Notes: a model not told the origin generated them from the sequence alone. Positions 1-8,934 are shown, counted from the first letter of the stretch. The stretch: 64,000 bases of DNA from Fidelibacterota bacterium (GCA_945903705.1 CAMDOZ010000003.1:642-64641); one strand, 5' to 3'. A program made the numbers and translations.

Positions 1-597
1 GACTTTCACTGCTCGGTGCTCGATCTCGGCCGCTGGCTCCGGCCGCGGCTGTCGGCCTTTCCAAACCACGGCGCGGTGCTTCAGGCCGATCCCGGGCACC
101 GCGATGAATGCCGGCGCAAATACCTTGCCGCGGCGCCAGGCCGGCGCCTTGTCGGCCTCTCCTGGCGAAGCGTGACACCGGAGATGTCCCACCAGAAAGG
201 CCGACCCCTTGCCGCTTTCCACCCGCTGTTAGCCGCCGAAAAATTAACCTTTATTAATTTACAGTATGGGGATGTGCGCGCTGAAGTAGAGGCGCTCCCA
301 GTCGCGTATAAATCGAATATTATCATTGATTCTGAAATAGATAGCCTCAAAGACCTGGATGGCTTCGCAGCCCAGGTGGCCGCTCTGGATGCCGTCGTGA
401 CCATCAGCAACACGACGGCCCACTTTGCGGGTGCGCTCGGCGTGCCGACCTGCCTGTGTCTCGCGCAGGCCCATAAGCAGCTCTGGTATTGGTTTGCCCG
501 GGGTCAATACAGCCCCTGGTATCGGTCGATTCGGATTCATCGGCGAATCCCCGGAGAGGGATTCGCCGAGATCAAGGAGATCCTTGAGAATTGCTGA
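1..597 (+). CDS. C-terminal part of a glycosyltransferase family 9-like (heptosyltransferase-fold) protein; 5' end lies outside the window
   Basis: Frame 1 is open from base 1 to TGA 595-597. Motif ISNTTAHFAGALGVPTCL resembles the GT9 sugar-nucleotide binding motif (DSGPMHLAAALGxP). No start codon can be assigned in the window. Confidence 0.6.
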   Translation, partial: DFHCSVLDLGRWLRPRLSAFPNHGAVLQADPGHRDECRRKYLAAAPGRRLVGLSWRSVTPEMSHQKGRPLAAFHPLLAAEKLTFINLQYGDVRAEVEALPVAYKSNIIIDSEIDSLKDLDGFAAQVAALDAVVTISNTTAHFAGALGVPTCLCLAQAHKQLWYWFARGQYSPWYRSIRIHRRIPGEGFAEIKEILENC

Positions 598-774
598 CAT
601 CCCGGCCTCGCATAGCGCGTAGCCAATCGTCAGTTCCCGTCAGTAGAGGTTGAGCGGCGATCAGGATCACTGCTTACAATGGGGCGGCGTACACTTTTTT
701 TTTAACGCGTCCATGCAGGCCCCGGTTTGCGCTAAAAAATCGCGCCGAAGGGGCCTAAATCGAGGTTGAATGGC

Positions 775-803
775 TTGACATTAGGGCAGCGCCAGAGTGA
801 TAT
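775..803 (+). promoter_or_regulatory. Candidate sigma70-type promoter for the S/T-rich secreted protein gene
   Basis: Perfect -35 TTGACA at 775-780, then a 17-nt spacer, then a weak -10-like TGATAT at 798-803, about 95 nt upstream of ATG 897. Sequence match only. Confidence 0.3.
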
Positions 804-896
804 GGCGATGCGCTGACGGGCGCCAGAAGTTTGTGGCGGCTCTTTGCCGTTGCGAACTATGAACCAGATCTGAAACCTTAAGGGGATCCCAAAACT

Positions 897-2447
897 ATGA
901 ATAAACAACAGTTATACACCTTTGGCGGCGCACTGCTCGCGTCGACCGCGCTCACGGGAGCGGCGAACGCCCTCACGTGGGGCAAATCTGTCAGCGGGTC
1001 GCTGACCCTCAGCACCAGCGCAATCAGCATCACCAACACGCTGTTCTCGACGACTGCTTCGACGGCCAACACCGTCGTCATCTCGGCGAACGGTGCCAAC
1101 CGCGTCGCTGCGCGCTTCGCCAACGTCTACAACTCCACCACGGTGCCGAGCACCGGCTTCTCCATCGAAATGTCTCCGACGGGCGCCACGTTTGGCAACG
1201 CCAGCTTAGAGTCCGCCAAGTTCCTGATCGTCGGCTCGCATGGCACGACCTTCCAGGCGACGACTTCGGCGTCCACTATGTGCTCCAACGCGGTCGGTTT
1301 CGCCACGCAGTTCGTGCTCAACGGCTGCACCGCGGGTGACGTCACCTCCGGCGGCGGCCTCAACATGTCGATGGCCATCGGCGGCGTGCTGTTCAGCGGC
1401 GTGACTTTCTCCAACGCCTCGGGTCTCGCCACTGCCGGCAGCTCGATCCAGATGACCGGTCGTGTCTACAACACCGCGACCTCGGGCAACTTCGAAGCGG
1501 CCGCTACCGGCAACTCGATCACCTCCGCTGCTCCGCTCGCCATAACGGCGGGCGCTCGTGCGAACGTGACCGTGAGTGCGACCACGACTCCGCTGGCGTT
1601 CACCTCGCTATCGTCCACGAACACCGGGGTTACCACCGCGACGTTGACCATGGATCTCACTTTGATCGTGCTCACCGGCACGGGCACGTACCGCGACGAT
1701 CTGACCACGATCTCGACTGCGGCTAGCGAAATCTCGAGCACCCGCATCACGGTGACCAGCGCCATCCTCTCCAGCGGCGCTGTTCATAACGTGTTCGTGC
1801 AGCACAGTGCGACCTCGCGCGTTAACAGCTTGACGGCTGCTAACTTCTCGGGCGGCACGGTGACGTTCGTTGTCGACAGCGCTACGACCACCTCGTACAT
1901 GGTGTCGATCGCGTTCAACGGCACGACCGCCATCCCGGCCGCTGCCCAGGGCACGACCACCATCACGTTCGGTGTTGGAGCCGGCAACGCCCAGGCGGTC
2001 ACTGGGACCTCGACTGGTGCTGCCGGTACCGCTCAGGGTGGCTTCCGCGCCGAAGTGAATATGTTCGGTGCTTCGAACGCCGCTCCGTACAGTTCGTATC
2101 TGCGCATCCACAACAACGGCGGCGTCGCCGGTACTGTGAGCATCACGATCCGTAACGACGCTCATGACTCGGGCGCGCAGCTCGGTTCAGCGTTCTCCAC
2201 GGCCGCGATCCAGCCGGGTGGAACGATGCAGCTGTCGGCTGCGGAAATGGAAGGCTCTGCGACTTCGACGAAGCTGCCTTCTGGCGGTGCTAACATCGCT
2301 GCGGCGAGCCGCACGGGTGCTTACACCATCCAGGCGACCGGCCCGATCGTCGGTTACGTGCAGCACATCCTGTTCAACGGTTCGTCGGTTGCCGACCTGT
2401 CGGCGTTCCGTAACGGCGGCGTCACGACCAACAACGCGTCTCCGTAA
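897..2447 (+). CDS. Secreted Thr/Ser/Ala/Gly-rich protein of unknown family (S-layer-like or adhesin-like candidate)
   Basis: 516-aa ORF. N-terminal signal peptide MNKQQLYTFGGALLASTALTGAANA with an AxA cleavage site. Very few charged residues. GC3-biased codons. GGGGA purine tract (883-887) about 9 nt upstream of the ATG as a possible weak RBS. Strong terminator immediately downstream. Confidence 0.85.
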   Translation: MNKQQLYTFGGALLASTALTGAANALTWGKSVSGSLTLSTSAISITNTLFSTTASTANTVVISANGANRVAARFANVYNSTTVPSTGFSIEMSPTGATFGNASLESAKFLIVGSHGTTFQATTSASTMCSNAVGFATQFVLNGCTAGDVTSGGGLNMSMAIGGVLFSGVTFSNASGLATAGSSIQMTGRVYNTATSGNFEAAATGNSITSAAPLAITAGARANVTVSATTTPLAFTSLSSTNTGVTTATLTMDLTLIVLTGTGTYRDDLTTISTAASEISSTRITVTSAILSSGAVHNVFVQHSATSRVNSLTAANFSGGTVTFVVDSATTTSYMVSIAFNGTTAIPAAAQGTTTITFGVGAGNAQAVTGTSTGAAGTAQGGFRAEVNMFGASNAAPYSSYLRIHNNGGVAGTVSITIRNDAHDSGAQLGSAFSTAAIQPGGTMQLSAAEMEGSATSTKLPSGGANIAAASRTGAYTIQATGPIVGYVQHILFNGSSVADLSAFRNGGVTTNNASP

Positions 2448-2484
2448 TCGCTACACTAAACCGGTTCGCCGGTTTGGAGATCGA

Positions 2485-2517
2485 GGGAGGGTGAGCAATC
2501 ACCCTCCCTTTTTCTTT
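2485..2517 (+). terminator. Rho-independent terminator after the S/T-rich protein gene
   Basis: Perfect 10-bp stem GGGAGGGTGA (2485-2494) / TCACCCTCCC (2499-2508), GCAA loop, followed by TTTTTCTTT. Confidence 0.85.
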
Positions 2518-2645
2518 GCCGTTTCTTTCCCTGCCGGACCGGCCAGCGGCCAATCTGCGCCCGATTAAACTGACATTCATGTAAGCCGCCGCGCGGGCCG
2601 GTTCGGGCTATGTTCCGGCTGCCGAAGTGAGCGGCAGAGAGGCTT

Positions 2646-3860
2646 ATGCTTCAATCTTTTCAATACGAGGCGGTGGACGGCGCCGGACGCGTTCTGACCG
2701 GACGCCTAGACGCAGCGGGTGAGCGCGACGCGCAACGCGCCCTGGAAGGCCAGGGGCTAACCGTCGTCAGCCTCGCCGGCGCAAAGGCACAAGCCGCAAA
2801 GAGCGGCGTTTTCGGCTTCCAACGCGGGGTGAGCGCGCAGGACCGCATCTTGGCCTTGAAGCAGCTTGCACTGCTGCTAAAGGCGGGCGTCCCGCTTGTG
2901 CAAGGGATCGGCACTCTCAAGAATCAGGCCACCCACCCGATCCTTGCGGAAGCCTTCACCAGCATGGAAAAGCGCCTGCGGACCGGCGACACCTTTTCGA
3001 ACGCCCTTGCCTTAGCGCTGCCCTCGCTCCCCGCTTACGTAAACCAACTGGCCGCTTCCGGCGAAGCCATTGGCCACCTGGGTCAGGCCCTGGACGACGC
3101 CGCGACGCAAATGGCCTACGACCGCCAGGTGCGCCAGGACATTCGCAATGCCTTGACCTATCCGTCGATTCTCATTGTTGCCGGCGTCACCGCCGTCCTC
3201 TTTATCTTCATTGTCGTCGTCCCGCGATTTTCCGCCATGGTCGCGAATGCCAAGGAACCACTCCCGTGGATCTCGGCCGTCGTGATCAAGACAGGCATGT
3301 TCCTCAGCGCCAACAAGCTGCTCCTGTTTGCCGCCGTCGCGGGCGCCGTCTGGTTCGCCTGGTCGGTCTTTAAGAGCCCCAAGCGCCGAAGCCAGATGCA
3401 TGAGGTCCTGGGCGGCCTCCCGCTCATTGGACTCTGGCTGAACGAAGCTGAAGTCGCCCGCTGGGCGTCGATGCTCGGCACGATGCTCGCCAACGGCGTC
3501 GACCTGATCAAAGGCCTGCAGCTTGCCAGGGACGGTGTGAATCTTTCTGGCCTTCGCGACCGCCTCGATCAGGCGACGAAACTGGTCAGATCGGGACAAT
3601 CGCTGTCGTCGGCCATCGCGAGCCAACAGGCCTTCTCCGATACGGCCCTCAGCCTTATCCAGGTCGGAGAGGAATCGGGCGAATTGCCGACGATGCTAAA
3701 GTCGCTCGCCGCTCTCTACGAGGATACGGCGCGCCAGAGAATGAAGCAGTTCCTGCTGTTCCTCGAGCCATGCGCCATTCTGTTCATCGGAATCGTGGTC
3801 GGTGGTATCGTTGCAGCCATTATGTTAGCAATCACATCCGTCAATCAGGTGGCTCTCTAA
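2646..3860 (+). CDS. gspF: Type II secretion system inner-membrane platform protein GspF
   Basis: 404 aa with GspF/PilC-type duplicated domain architecture, three hydrophobic segments and the motif GEESGELPTML. First gene of the gsp operon. Confidence 0.9.
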   Translation: MLQSFQYEAVDGAGRVLTGRLDAAGERDAQRALEGQGLTVVSLAGAKAQAAKSGVFGFQRGVSAQDRILALKQLALLLKAGVPLVQGIGTLKNQATHPILAEAFTSMEKRLRTGDTFSNALALALPSLPAYVNQLAASGEAIGHLGQALDDAATQMAYDRQVRQDIRNALTYPSILIVAGVTAVLFIFIVVVPRFSAMVANAKEPLPWISAVVIKTGMFLSANKLLLFAAVAGAVWFAWSVFKSPKRRSQMHEVLGGLPLIGLWLNEAEVARWASMLGTMLANGVDLIKGLQLARDGVNLSGLRDRLDQATKLVRSGQSLSSAIASQQAFSDTALSLIQVGEESGELPTMLKSLAALYEDTARQRMKQFLLFLEPCAILFIGIVVGGIVAAIMLAITSVNQVAL

Positions 3861-4345
3861 TGCCGAACGCCGTTGAAATCCGCCGCGCCCCTGCGGTGGC
3901 GGCCGCCCTTCAGAAGGGCTTCACCCTCCTCGAAATGCTGGTGGTGCTTGTCATCATCGGCCTTCTGGCCGGCCTTGTCGGTCCTCAGCTGATGGGCCGG
4001 GTCGATACATCCCGCCAGACCGCCGCGGACACCCAGAGTCGAATGTTGAAGAGCGCCCTCGATACGATGCGGCTCGACATCGCCCGCTATCCCACCAAGG
4101 AAGAAGGCCTCGTCATGTTGGTGAACGCGCCCGCGGACGAGCGCGTGGCGCGGAAATGGCGCGGGCCCTATCTCTCCGAATCGTTGCCCGCGGACCCTTG
4201 GGGGAATCCGTACCAATACGAGCCGATTTCATCGACCGTGGTCGCCCTTTACAGCCTCGGCGCCGACGGAGAACCGGGCGGCGAGGACATCAACTCCGAT
4301 GTCGGCCTCCTGCCGAAGTCGGCAGCCGCCAATGCAGCGCCCTAA
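3860..4345 (+). CDS. gspG: Type II secretion major pseudopilin GspG
   Basis: ATG overlaps the gspF stop (TAATG). Prepilin motif KG/FTLLEMLVVLVIIGLLAGLV. GspG-like core: WRGPYL, DPWGNPYQY, LYSLGADGEPGGE. Confidence 0.9.
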   Translation: MPNAVEIRRAPAVAAALQKGFTLLEMLVVLVIIGLLAGLVGPQLMGRVDTSRQTAADTQSRMLKSALDTMRLDIARYPTKEEGLVMLVNAPADERVARKWRGPYLSESLPADPWGNPYQYEPISSTVVALYSLGADGEPGGEDINSDVGLLPKSAAANAAP

Positions 4346-4868
4346 GAAAGCGAGAAACCGGGCGACGGGAGAGCGTGGCTTCACGTTGCTTGAGATTGTC
4401 GTTGTCCTCGTCATCGTTGCGATGACCGGAGCGATCGTCTTTCCGCGACTGACGACGATGGCGGCCAGTTTTGAATTCGCCTCGCAGCGCGATAGTTTTG
4501 AACAGGCTCTGAACGGCTTGACGTATCGGGCCTACCGGGACAATGACGACAAGACCCTGCAAGGGTCTTACAGCGCCGCCGGCCGCGACATCGAGGCAAA
4601 GCAACCGCGTCGTGAGCCCGGCACGACGCTACCGCCGGAAATGCGTGTACGGTCGCTGGCCGCCAATTCGCGCGAGCATCTCCCCCCTGTCACGACAAGC
4701 TATGCGGTGCTTCCCCTGCCTCAAGGATGGGAAATGGTGATCCAAGACCCCATTTACTTCCGCGGATCGGGATATTGCAGCGGCGGTACCGTCGAACTTT
4801 TTGTCGGACGCCTTCAATATACCTACAGGCTGCAGCCACCGCTGTGCCGCGCCGAATTGGTGGAATGA
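4332..4868 (+). CDS. gspH: Minor pseudopilin, GspH-like by position and size
   Basis: Prepilin N-terminal cleavage/methylation motif RG/FTLLEIVVVLVIV. 178 aa. Overlaps the gspG 3' end. An alternative start at 4299 is possible. Confidence 0.7.
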   Translation: MQRPKKARNRATGERGFTLLEIVVVLVIVAMTGAIVFPRLTTMAASFEFASQRDSFEQALNGLTYRAYRDNDDKTLQGSYSAAGRDIEAKQPRREPGTTLPPEMRVRSLAANSREHLPPVTTSYAVLPLPQGWEMVIQDPIYFRGSGYCSGGTVELFVGRLQYTYRLQPPLCRAELVE

Positions 4869-4871
4869 GCG

Positions 4872-5369
4872 ATGGTCCGGAGGCCAACCGCTGGATTCAC
4901 TCTTCTCGAAGCGATCGTCGCACTGACGGTGATGGCGCTTGCTTTGATACCCTTGATCACATTCATCGCGCAGTCGGCCGACCAATTGACTCGCGCGGCG
5001 GAGGTCAACGAGCGCAGCCTGACCGCACAATCAGTGATTGCCCTGATGGAGCCGGTCAATCCCATGGCCGAGCCCGAAGGGAGCCTACCTCTCGACGATG
5101 AAGTCGAGGTGTCCTGGCGCGCCGAAGCGATTGCGCCGCCGTCCGAAGGGGCGATCCTTGGGACTCTGCTGAACGGCTACCGTATAGGATTCTACGGCGT
5201 AACAGTGGCGGTGAGCCGCAACCGAGAGCCGTGGTTCGACTTTACCATGCGTAAGGTAGGCTATCAGAATATGCGATCCGCTGGCGCGTTTTCAGGGGAC
5301 CCGTCAGGGGGCATGGGACCAGGAAGCATGGGACCAGGAGGCATGGGACCAGGAGGCATGGGACCATGA
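4872..5369 (+). CDS. gspI: Minor pseudopilin, GspI-like, with a C-terminal (G/S)MGPG repeat tail
   Basis: Motif AG/FTLLEAIVALTV. 165 aa. Starts 3 nt after the upstream stop. C-terminus is GGMGPGSMGPGGMGPGGMGP. Confidence 0.7.
   Translation: MVRRPTAGFTLLEAIVALTVMALALIPLITFIAQSADQLTRAAEVNERSLTAQSVIALMEPVNPMAEPEGSLPLDDEVEVSWRAEAIAPPSEGAILGTLLNGYRIGFYGVTVAVSRNREPWFDFTMRKVGYQNMRSAGAFSGDPSGGMGPGSMGPGGMGPGGMGP
5311..5366 (+). repeat. 15-bp in-frame tandem repeat (about 3.7 copies) at the 3' end of the GspI-like gene
   Basis: GCATGGGACCAGGA(A/G) repeated at 5311, 5326 and 5341, with a partial copy at 5356. The last copy carries the ATGA stop/start overlap with the next gene. Confidence 0.9.
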
Positions 5370-5977
5370 GCCGCGGCTTTACGCTCCTCGAAGCCCTAGT
5401 GGTGCTCGTCATCACTGCCCTCATCTCCGTCGTGCTCGTCCAGGGGCTGGGTCTTCTTCTGGGGGCGCGCACCAGCGTGCAGAACAGACTCGTCGAGGTC
5501 GACGAAGCCGTTATCGAGCAAAGTCTTTTTTTGGAGCCTTTGCGGGGCGTCGTTCCCGACTATAACGAGCGGCCGCATACTTTCGTAGGCGAAGTCAAAC
5601 GCCTGCATGGGATGACGACGCGCCCCCTGCAAGGGCGCTCGGGAACACCGGTGCCATTTACCCTGACGATCAGCTTCGATCCTTCGCGCGACCAGAGCAC
5701 TCTCATGTATCAGGAAGACAACGCCCCGCCTCTTCCGCTCGGATCTTGGCAAGGCGAGACGGGGACCTTCGCCTACCGCAACATGACGGGCGCGTGGCGG
5801 GAAGCCTGGCCGCCCGAAGACGATCCGCAGGCGCCGCAGACGCCATGGCTGATCCGGTTCGAGCGAGGAACAGGGTTTCCCAAAAACCTGGTCGCGAGCG
5901 TCAACGGCACCCATCAACGTCCCTTGCGCTTTCGCGATACGCCTTTTGGCGTCGACTCCTTTACGGCCCCCCGCTAG
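5366..5977 (+). CDS. gspJ: Minor pseudopilin, GspJ-like
   Basis: Motif MSRG/FTLLEALVVLVITAL. 203 aa. ATGA overlap with the upstream gene. Confidence 0.7.
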   Translation: MSRGFTLLEALVVLVITALISVVLVQGLGLLLGARTSVQNRLVEVDEAVIEQSLFLEPLRGVVPDYNERPHTFVGEVKRLHGMTTRPLQGRSGTPVPFTLTISFDPSRDQSTLMYQEDNAPPLPLGSWQGETGTFAYRNMTGAWREAWPPEDDPQAPQTPWLIRFERGTGFPKNLVASVNGTHQRPLRFRDTPFGVDSFTAPR

Positions 5978-6123
5978 CACGGCGCAAAAACGTCAGCTTA
6001 TTAAGCAATTACAAATGTTTGGCGCCTGGGTCTGACAATGATTTAACGCCCACTTCAATCCTGCGCCGATAGTATCTGCGGCGCTGCCACACAATTCTCT
6101 CGCTTTGGGCCTGCCGACATTCT

Positions 6124-7299
6124 TTGCCTGTCGGCGTGCCTTCGGGTTGGGATGAGGTTTCAGGCGTGTCTATTGAGTCCACACAGTCGAGCGGCTCGCC
6201 GCACGCGCAAGCACGAGGGTTCATCCTCGCGCTGACGCTGTGGGTGATTGCGCTGTTTGGAGTCGGTGTCGCTGCCATTAATAGCTGGGTCTCGATGGCA
6301 ACGGAGAACGCCCGCACCTTGCGCTCGCGCGTGGACGATGAAATCGCGCTTTCGAATGCCAAGAGTGAGATCATCTATGCGCTCGCCACGCGCCCCATGA
6401 CTCATCGCGGGCTGGAGGTCGGGTCGGACCTCAAGCGGCCGACCACCGACGACATGTTCATAAGTATGGCGCAGGCAGCCCAGGAAACGTCCGGCTTCAT
6501 TGCATTCGATCGCCGTCCTTATGTGATGGAAAGCAATCCCGACTATGCGATTCAAATTCAGGACGGCCGGGGCCTGGTCAACTTGAATCGGATCCAGCCG
6601 CCGCTCTTGCGCCGCCTATTTGCGTTTTACGATGCGCCGGAAGTCCTCCGGAACCAGCTGCCGGACACGCTACAGGATTGGATCGACGAAGATGACTTGA
6701 CGCGCATTGCCGGCGCGGAACGGTCCGACTATGAACGCCTTCGGCGGGTGCCCCCTAGCGACGCCCGGCTCGTGACGCCCATGGAGGCGCAGAACATCCT
6801 CGGATGGGACGAAATCCCGCAGATGTGGGAGGACGACTTTCGCGCGCCCATCTTCTCGACGTGCGCTGCAGCCGGATTCAATCCGAACACCGCGCCGGAA
6901 GCCTCGCTTCTCGCGCACATGCCGGGCCTTACAGAAGACGGCGCCAAGTTCGTCGTCGATCAGCGCCGGGTGAGTACCTTTCGCCACGCCCGCGAATTCA
7001 TGGACGCGGCGAACGTCACGGTCCCCAACGAAGCCTTCTTCTTCGGCACGTCGCCCGGCAGTTGCATGGTGATCGATTTCGTCAATCGCAATACCGCGGA
7101 ACGTACCCGCGTTTCTCTTACTCTTGTAGATCGCAGTGAAAATCAGCCCTGGCAGGTGGACTATGCTTTCCGAATCCCTTCGCAGTACAGCGGGGCGCTT
7201 GACGGGCTCGATCCGCAGCTCACTTTCCCAGCCCCCGAAACGCTTTATTCAGTCGACGACTCAGCTCTTGCACCTTCCGGGCTCCGACAGGCGCCCTAA
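6124..7299 (+). CDS. gspK: Type II secretion minor pseudopilin GspK
   Basis: N-terminal ARGFILALTLWVIALF (pseudopilin-like, lacking Glu5, as in GspK). GspK-type segments: ERSDYERL, LVTPMEAQNILGW, FNPNTAPEASLLAHMPGL (helix-hairpin-helix-like). The start (TTG 6124 or GTG near 6166) is uncertain. Confidence 0.8.
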   Translation: MPVGVPSGWDEVSGVSIESTQSSGSPHAQARGFILALTLWVIALFGVGVAAINSWVSMATENARTLRSRVDDEIALSNAKSEIIYALATRPMTHRGLEVGSDLKRPTTDDMFISMAQAAQETSGFIAFDRRPYVMESNPDYAIQIQDGRGLVNLNRIQPPLLRRLFAFYDAPEVLRNQLPDTLQDWIDEDDLTRIAGAERSDYERLRRVPPSDARLVTPMEAQNILGWDEIPQMWEDDFRAPIFSTCAAAGFNPNTAPEASLLAHMPGLTEDGAKFVVDQRRVSTFRHAREFMDAANVTVPNEAFFFGTSPGSCMVIDFVNRNTAERTRVSLTLVDRSENQPWQVDYAFRIPSQYSGALDGLDPQLTFPAPETLYSVDDSALAPSGLRQAP

Positions 7300-8281
7300 C
7301 TGGATCCTCAGCCGCCGCTTCGTGCGGCAGAACGTCTTTGAAGTTTCCGAGAGCCTGCCCGAATCGAAACGCAAGCTGGCGCTCTCCCTCTTGGTGCGCA
7401 AGTGGTCGCCGTTTGTGTCGAGCCAATTTGCCGCGCAATGGGTCGGACACCGTGCCTGCGTATATGCCTGGGACGGTGACGCGGTTGCCACAGCCATTAC
7501 AGCGGCCGGCGAAAGCCCCCAACGATGCACCATTTGGCCCGAAACATTTTTCCGCGCACCCCTGCAGGACGGCATCCGTCTTGCACAGATGTGCGATGGC
7601 GTCGAAGGGCAGGTCTGGAGAAGCGGCTTGCTGGTCGCCACGCGTTGGTGGCCGGCCTCTCCAGCACCGCGCGACTGGGCAGGGTTCTTGCGCGCGGCCG
7701 GGATTGACCTCAGCCAAGCTTCGTTCGACGTGCCCGCGGCCGTGGAAAGCGAAATCCTCGCGCTTCCTTGGACGGTCGTCAGCGCTCCCGTTACCGATTT
7801 ATGGAGCCTGCTTCAGAACGAACGCGCCGCCGCAATTGCCGCAACGGTGGTTGCCGTACCATTTCTCTATTACCTGACGCAGTCGGCCGTGCTCCTGGCG
7901 GGAACGATGCGCGTCGAGGCAGCTATTGCCGATCTAACCGCGGCGAACCAGACCATTCGTACCGACCGGACGGCCGCCTTTACCAATCTCGAAAATGTCG
8001 AAACCTACCTTGGCCTTGAAAACTTTCCGTCGCAGTTCGAGACCATGAACGTGATCACCGGCTTGCTTCGCGAAAGCAAAGTCTCGCTGGCGGAATGGAA
8101 CTTCGACACCGGAAATCTGCAACTTGTCATACAAGCCGACCGCCCGCTCGAAGCGCCCTTCTTCATCGAAATGTTCGAAAAGAGCGACCATTTCTCGAAT
8201 GTGAGCGCCACCGTTGGAAATCAACAGCGAGAACTTCGCTTGACCATGTCGGTCGAACCGCGGCAATGGCCGACGTCATGA
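7163..8281 (+). CDS. GspL-like T2SS assembly protein (bitopic: cytoplasmic domain, one TM segment, periplasmic domain)
   Basis: Position after gspK. About 230-aa N-terminal domain, TM segment AAAIAATVVAVPFLYYLTQSAVLLAG, about 120-aa C-terminal domain. AGGTGGA lies before ATG 7163. GTG 7136 and GTG 7322 are alternative starts. Confidence 0.55.
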   Translation: MLSESLRSTAGRLTGSIRSSLSQPPKRFIQSTTQLLHLPGSDRRPNWILSRRFVRQNVFEVSESLPESKRKLALSLLVRKWSPFVSSQFAAQWVGHRACVYAWDGDAVATAITAAGESPQRCTIWPETFFRAPLQDGIRLAQMCDGVEGQVWRSGLLVATRWWPASPAPRDWAGFLRAAGIDLSQASFDVPAAVESEILALPWTVVSAPVTDLWSLLQNERAAAIAATVVAVPFLYYLTQSAVLLAGTMRVEAAIADLTAANQTIRTDRTAAFTNLENVETYLGLENFPSQFETMNVITGLLRESKVSLAEWNFDTGNLQLVIQADRPLEAPFFIEMFEKSDHFSNVSATVGNQQRELRLTMSVEPRQWPTS

Positions 8282-8922
8282 TGAAATCTTTCCCGACGCT
8301 TCAGAAGTTGCTGGACCGCCTGCGCGCCGAGTCGCGCAGTAGGATCGGCCATGACATTGTGCTGACCGATCGCCTCAAGGCCATGCTGTCCGTTGCCGTC
8401 GCGCTCGTCGTGCTTGCGGCTCTGATCGGAATGCACCAGACGGTCTCGTCGTTCGAACGCGATTACGAACGCGTACAGATCGACAAGGCGCGTTTGGAGG
8501 CCCAGATCAAAGCTGGCGGCTGGCAAGAGCGAAAGCAGCAGAGCCAAGTCCTAAAATCTCTCTTGGAGGAACGGCTCTGGGCCGCGCAGACCCCGGGGCT
8601 TGCCGACGCAGGCTTCGAAAGGTGGCTGCGTGACCGCATGTCTCCGCATAAGCTGGAGCCGATCGCGCAGATTCAAGTTCGGCGCGTTCCGCTCGTGCGG
8701 CAGGTGCAACCGGGCGAACAGCCAACCCCGCTCTCAACCGTTCAGCGCATGACGGCGAAGCTGATCCTTCCGTTCGAGAGTGCGGGACTATCGCACTTCT
8801 TGGCAGACATCGCCGAGGCGGATAAGGCCGTGGTTGTCGATCGTTTGATCGTGCGCGCGGGACGAAATGCACGTATCGAGATGGACGTGTCCGCGTTCTA
8901 CCGTTCTTCCGAACGGAATTGA
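8278..8922 (+). CDS. GspM-like T2SS protein (N-terminal TM anchor, periplasmic domain)
   Basis: ATG overlaps the upstream stop (ATGATGA). TM segment LKAMLSVAVALVVLAALIG near the N-terminus. Size and position fit GspM. No strong sequence motif. Confidence 0.55.
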   Translation: MMKSFPTLQKLLDRLRAESRSRIGHDIVLTDRLKAMLSVAVALVVLAALIGMHQTVSSFERDYERVQIDKARLEAQIKAGGWQERKQQSQVLKSLLEERLWAAQTPGLADAGFERWLRDRMSPHKLEPIAQIQVRRVPLVRQVQPGEQPTPLSTVQRMTAKLILPFESAGLSHFLADIAEADKAVVVDRLIVRAGRNARIEMDVSAFYRSSERN

Positions 8923-8934
8923 GGAGCCTCGCGG

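Noticed and set aside
695-703. Run of nine T residues downstream of the GT9-like gene, as a possible terminator.
   Set aside because: No stable GC-rich hairpin immediately precedes the T-run on either strand, so an intrinsic terminator call is not supported.
8095-8277. N-terminal extension of the GspM-like ORF given by the track (start 8095), and similar extensions of other track ORFs (3770, 11523, 17498-18784, 22383-23309, 41848-42819, 42633-43673, 53656-54225).
   Set aside because: The extensions overlap upstream genes and encode Arg-rich sequence without family similarity. Internal ATG/GTG starts give canonical N-termini and operon-style junctions.
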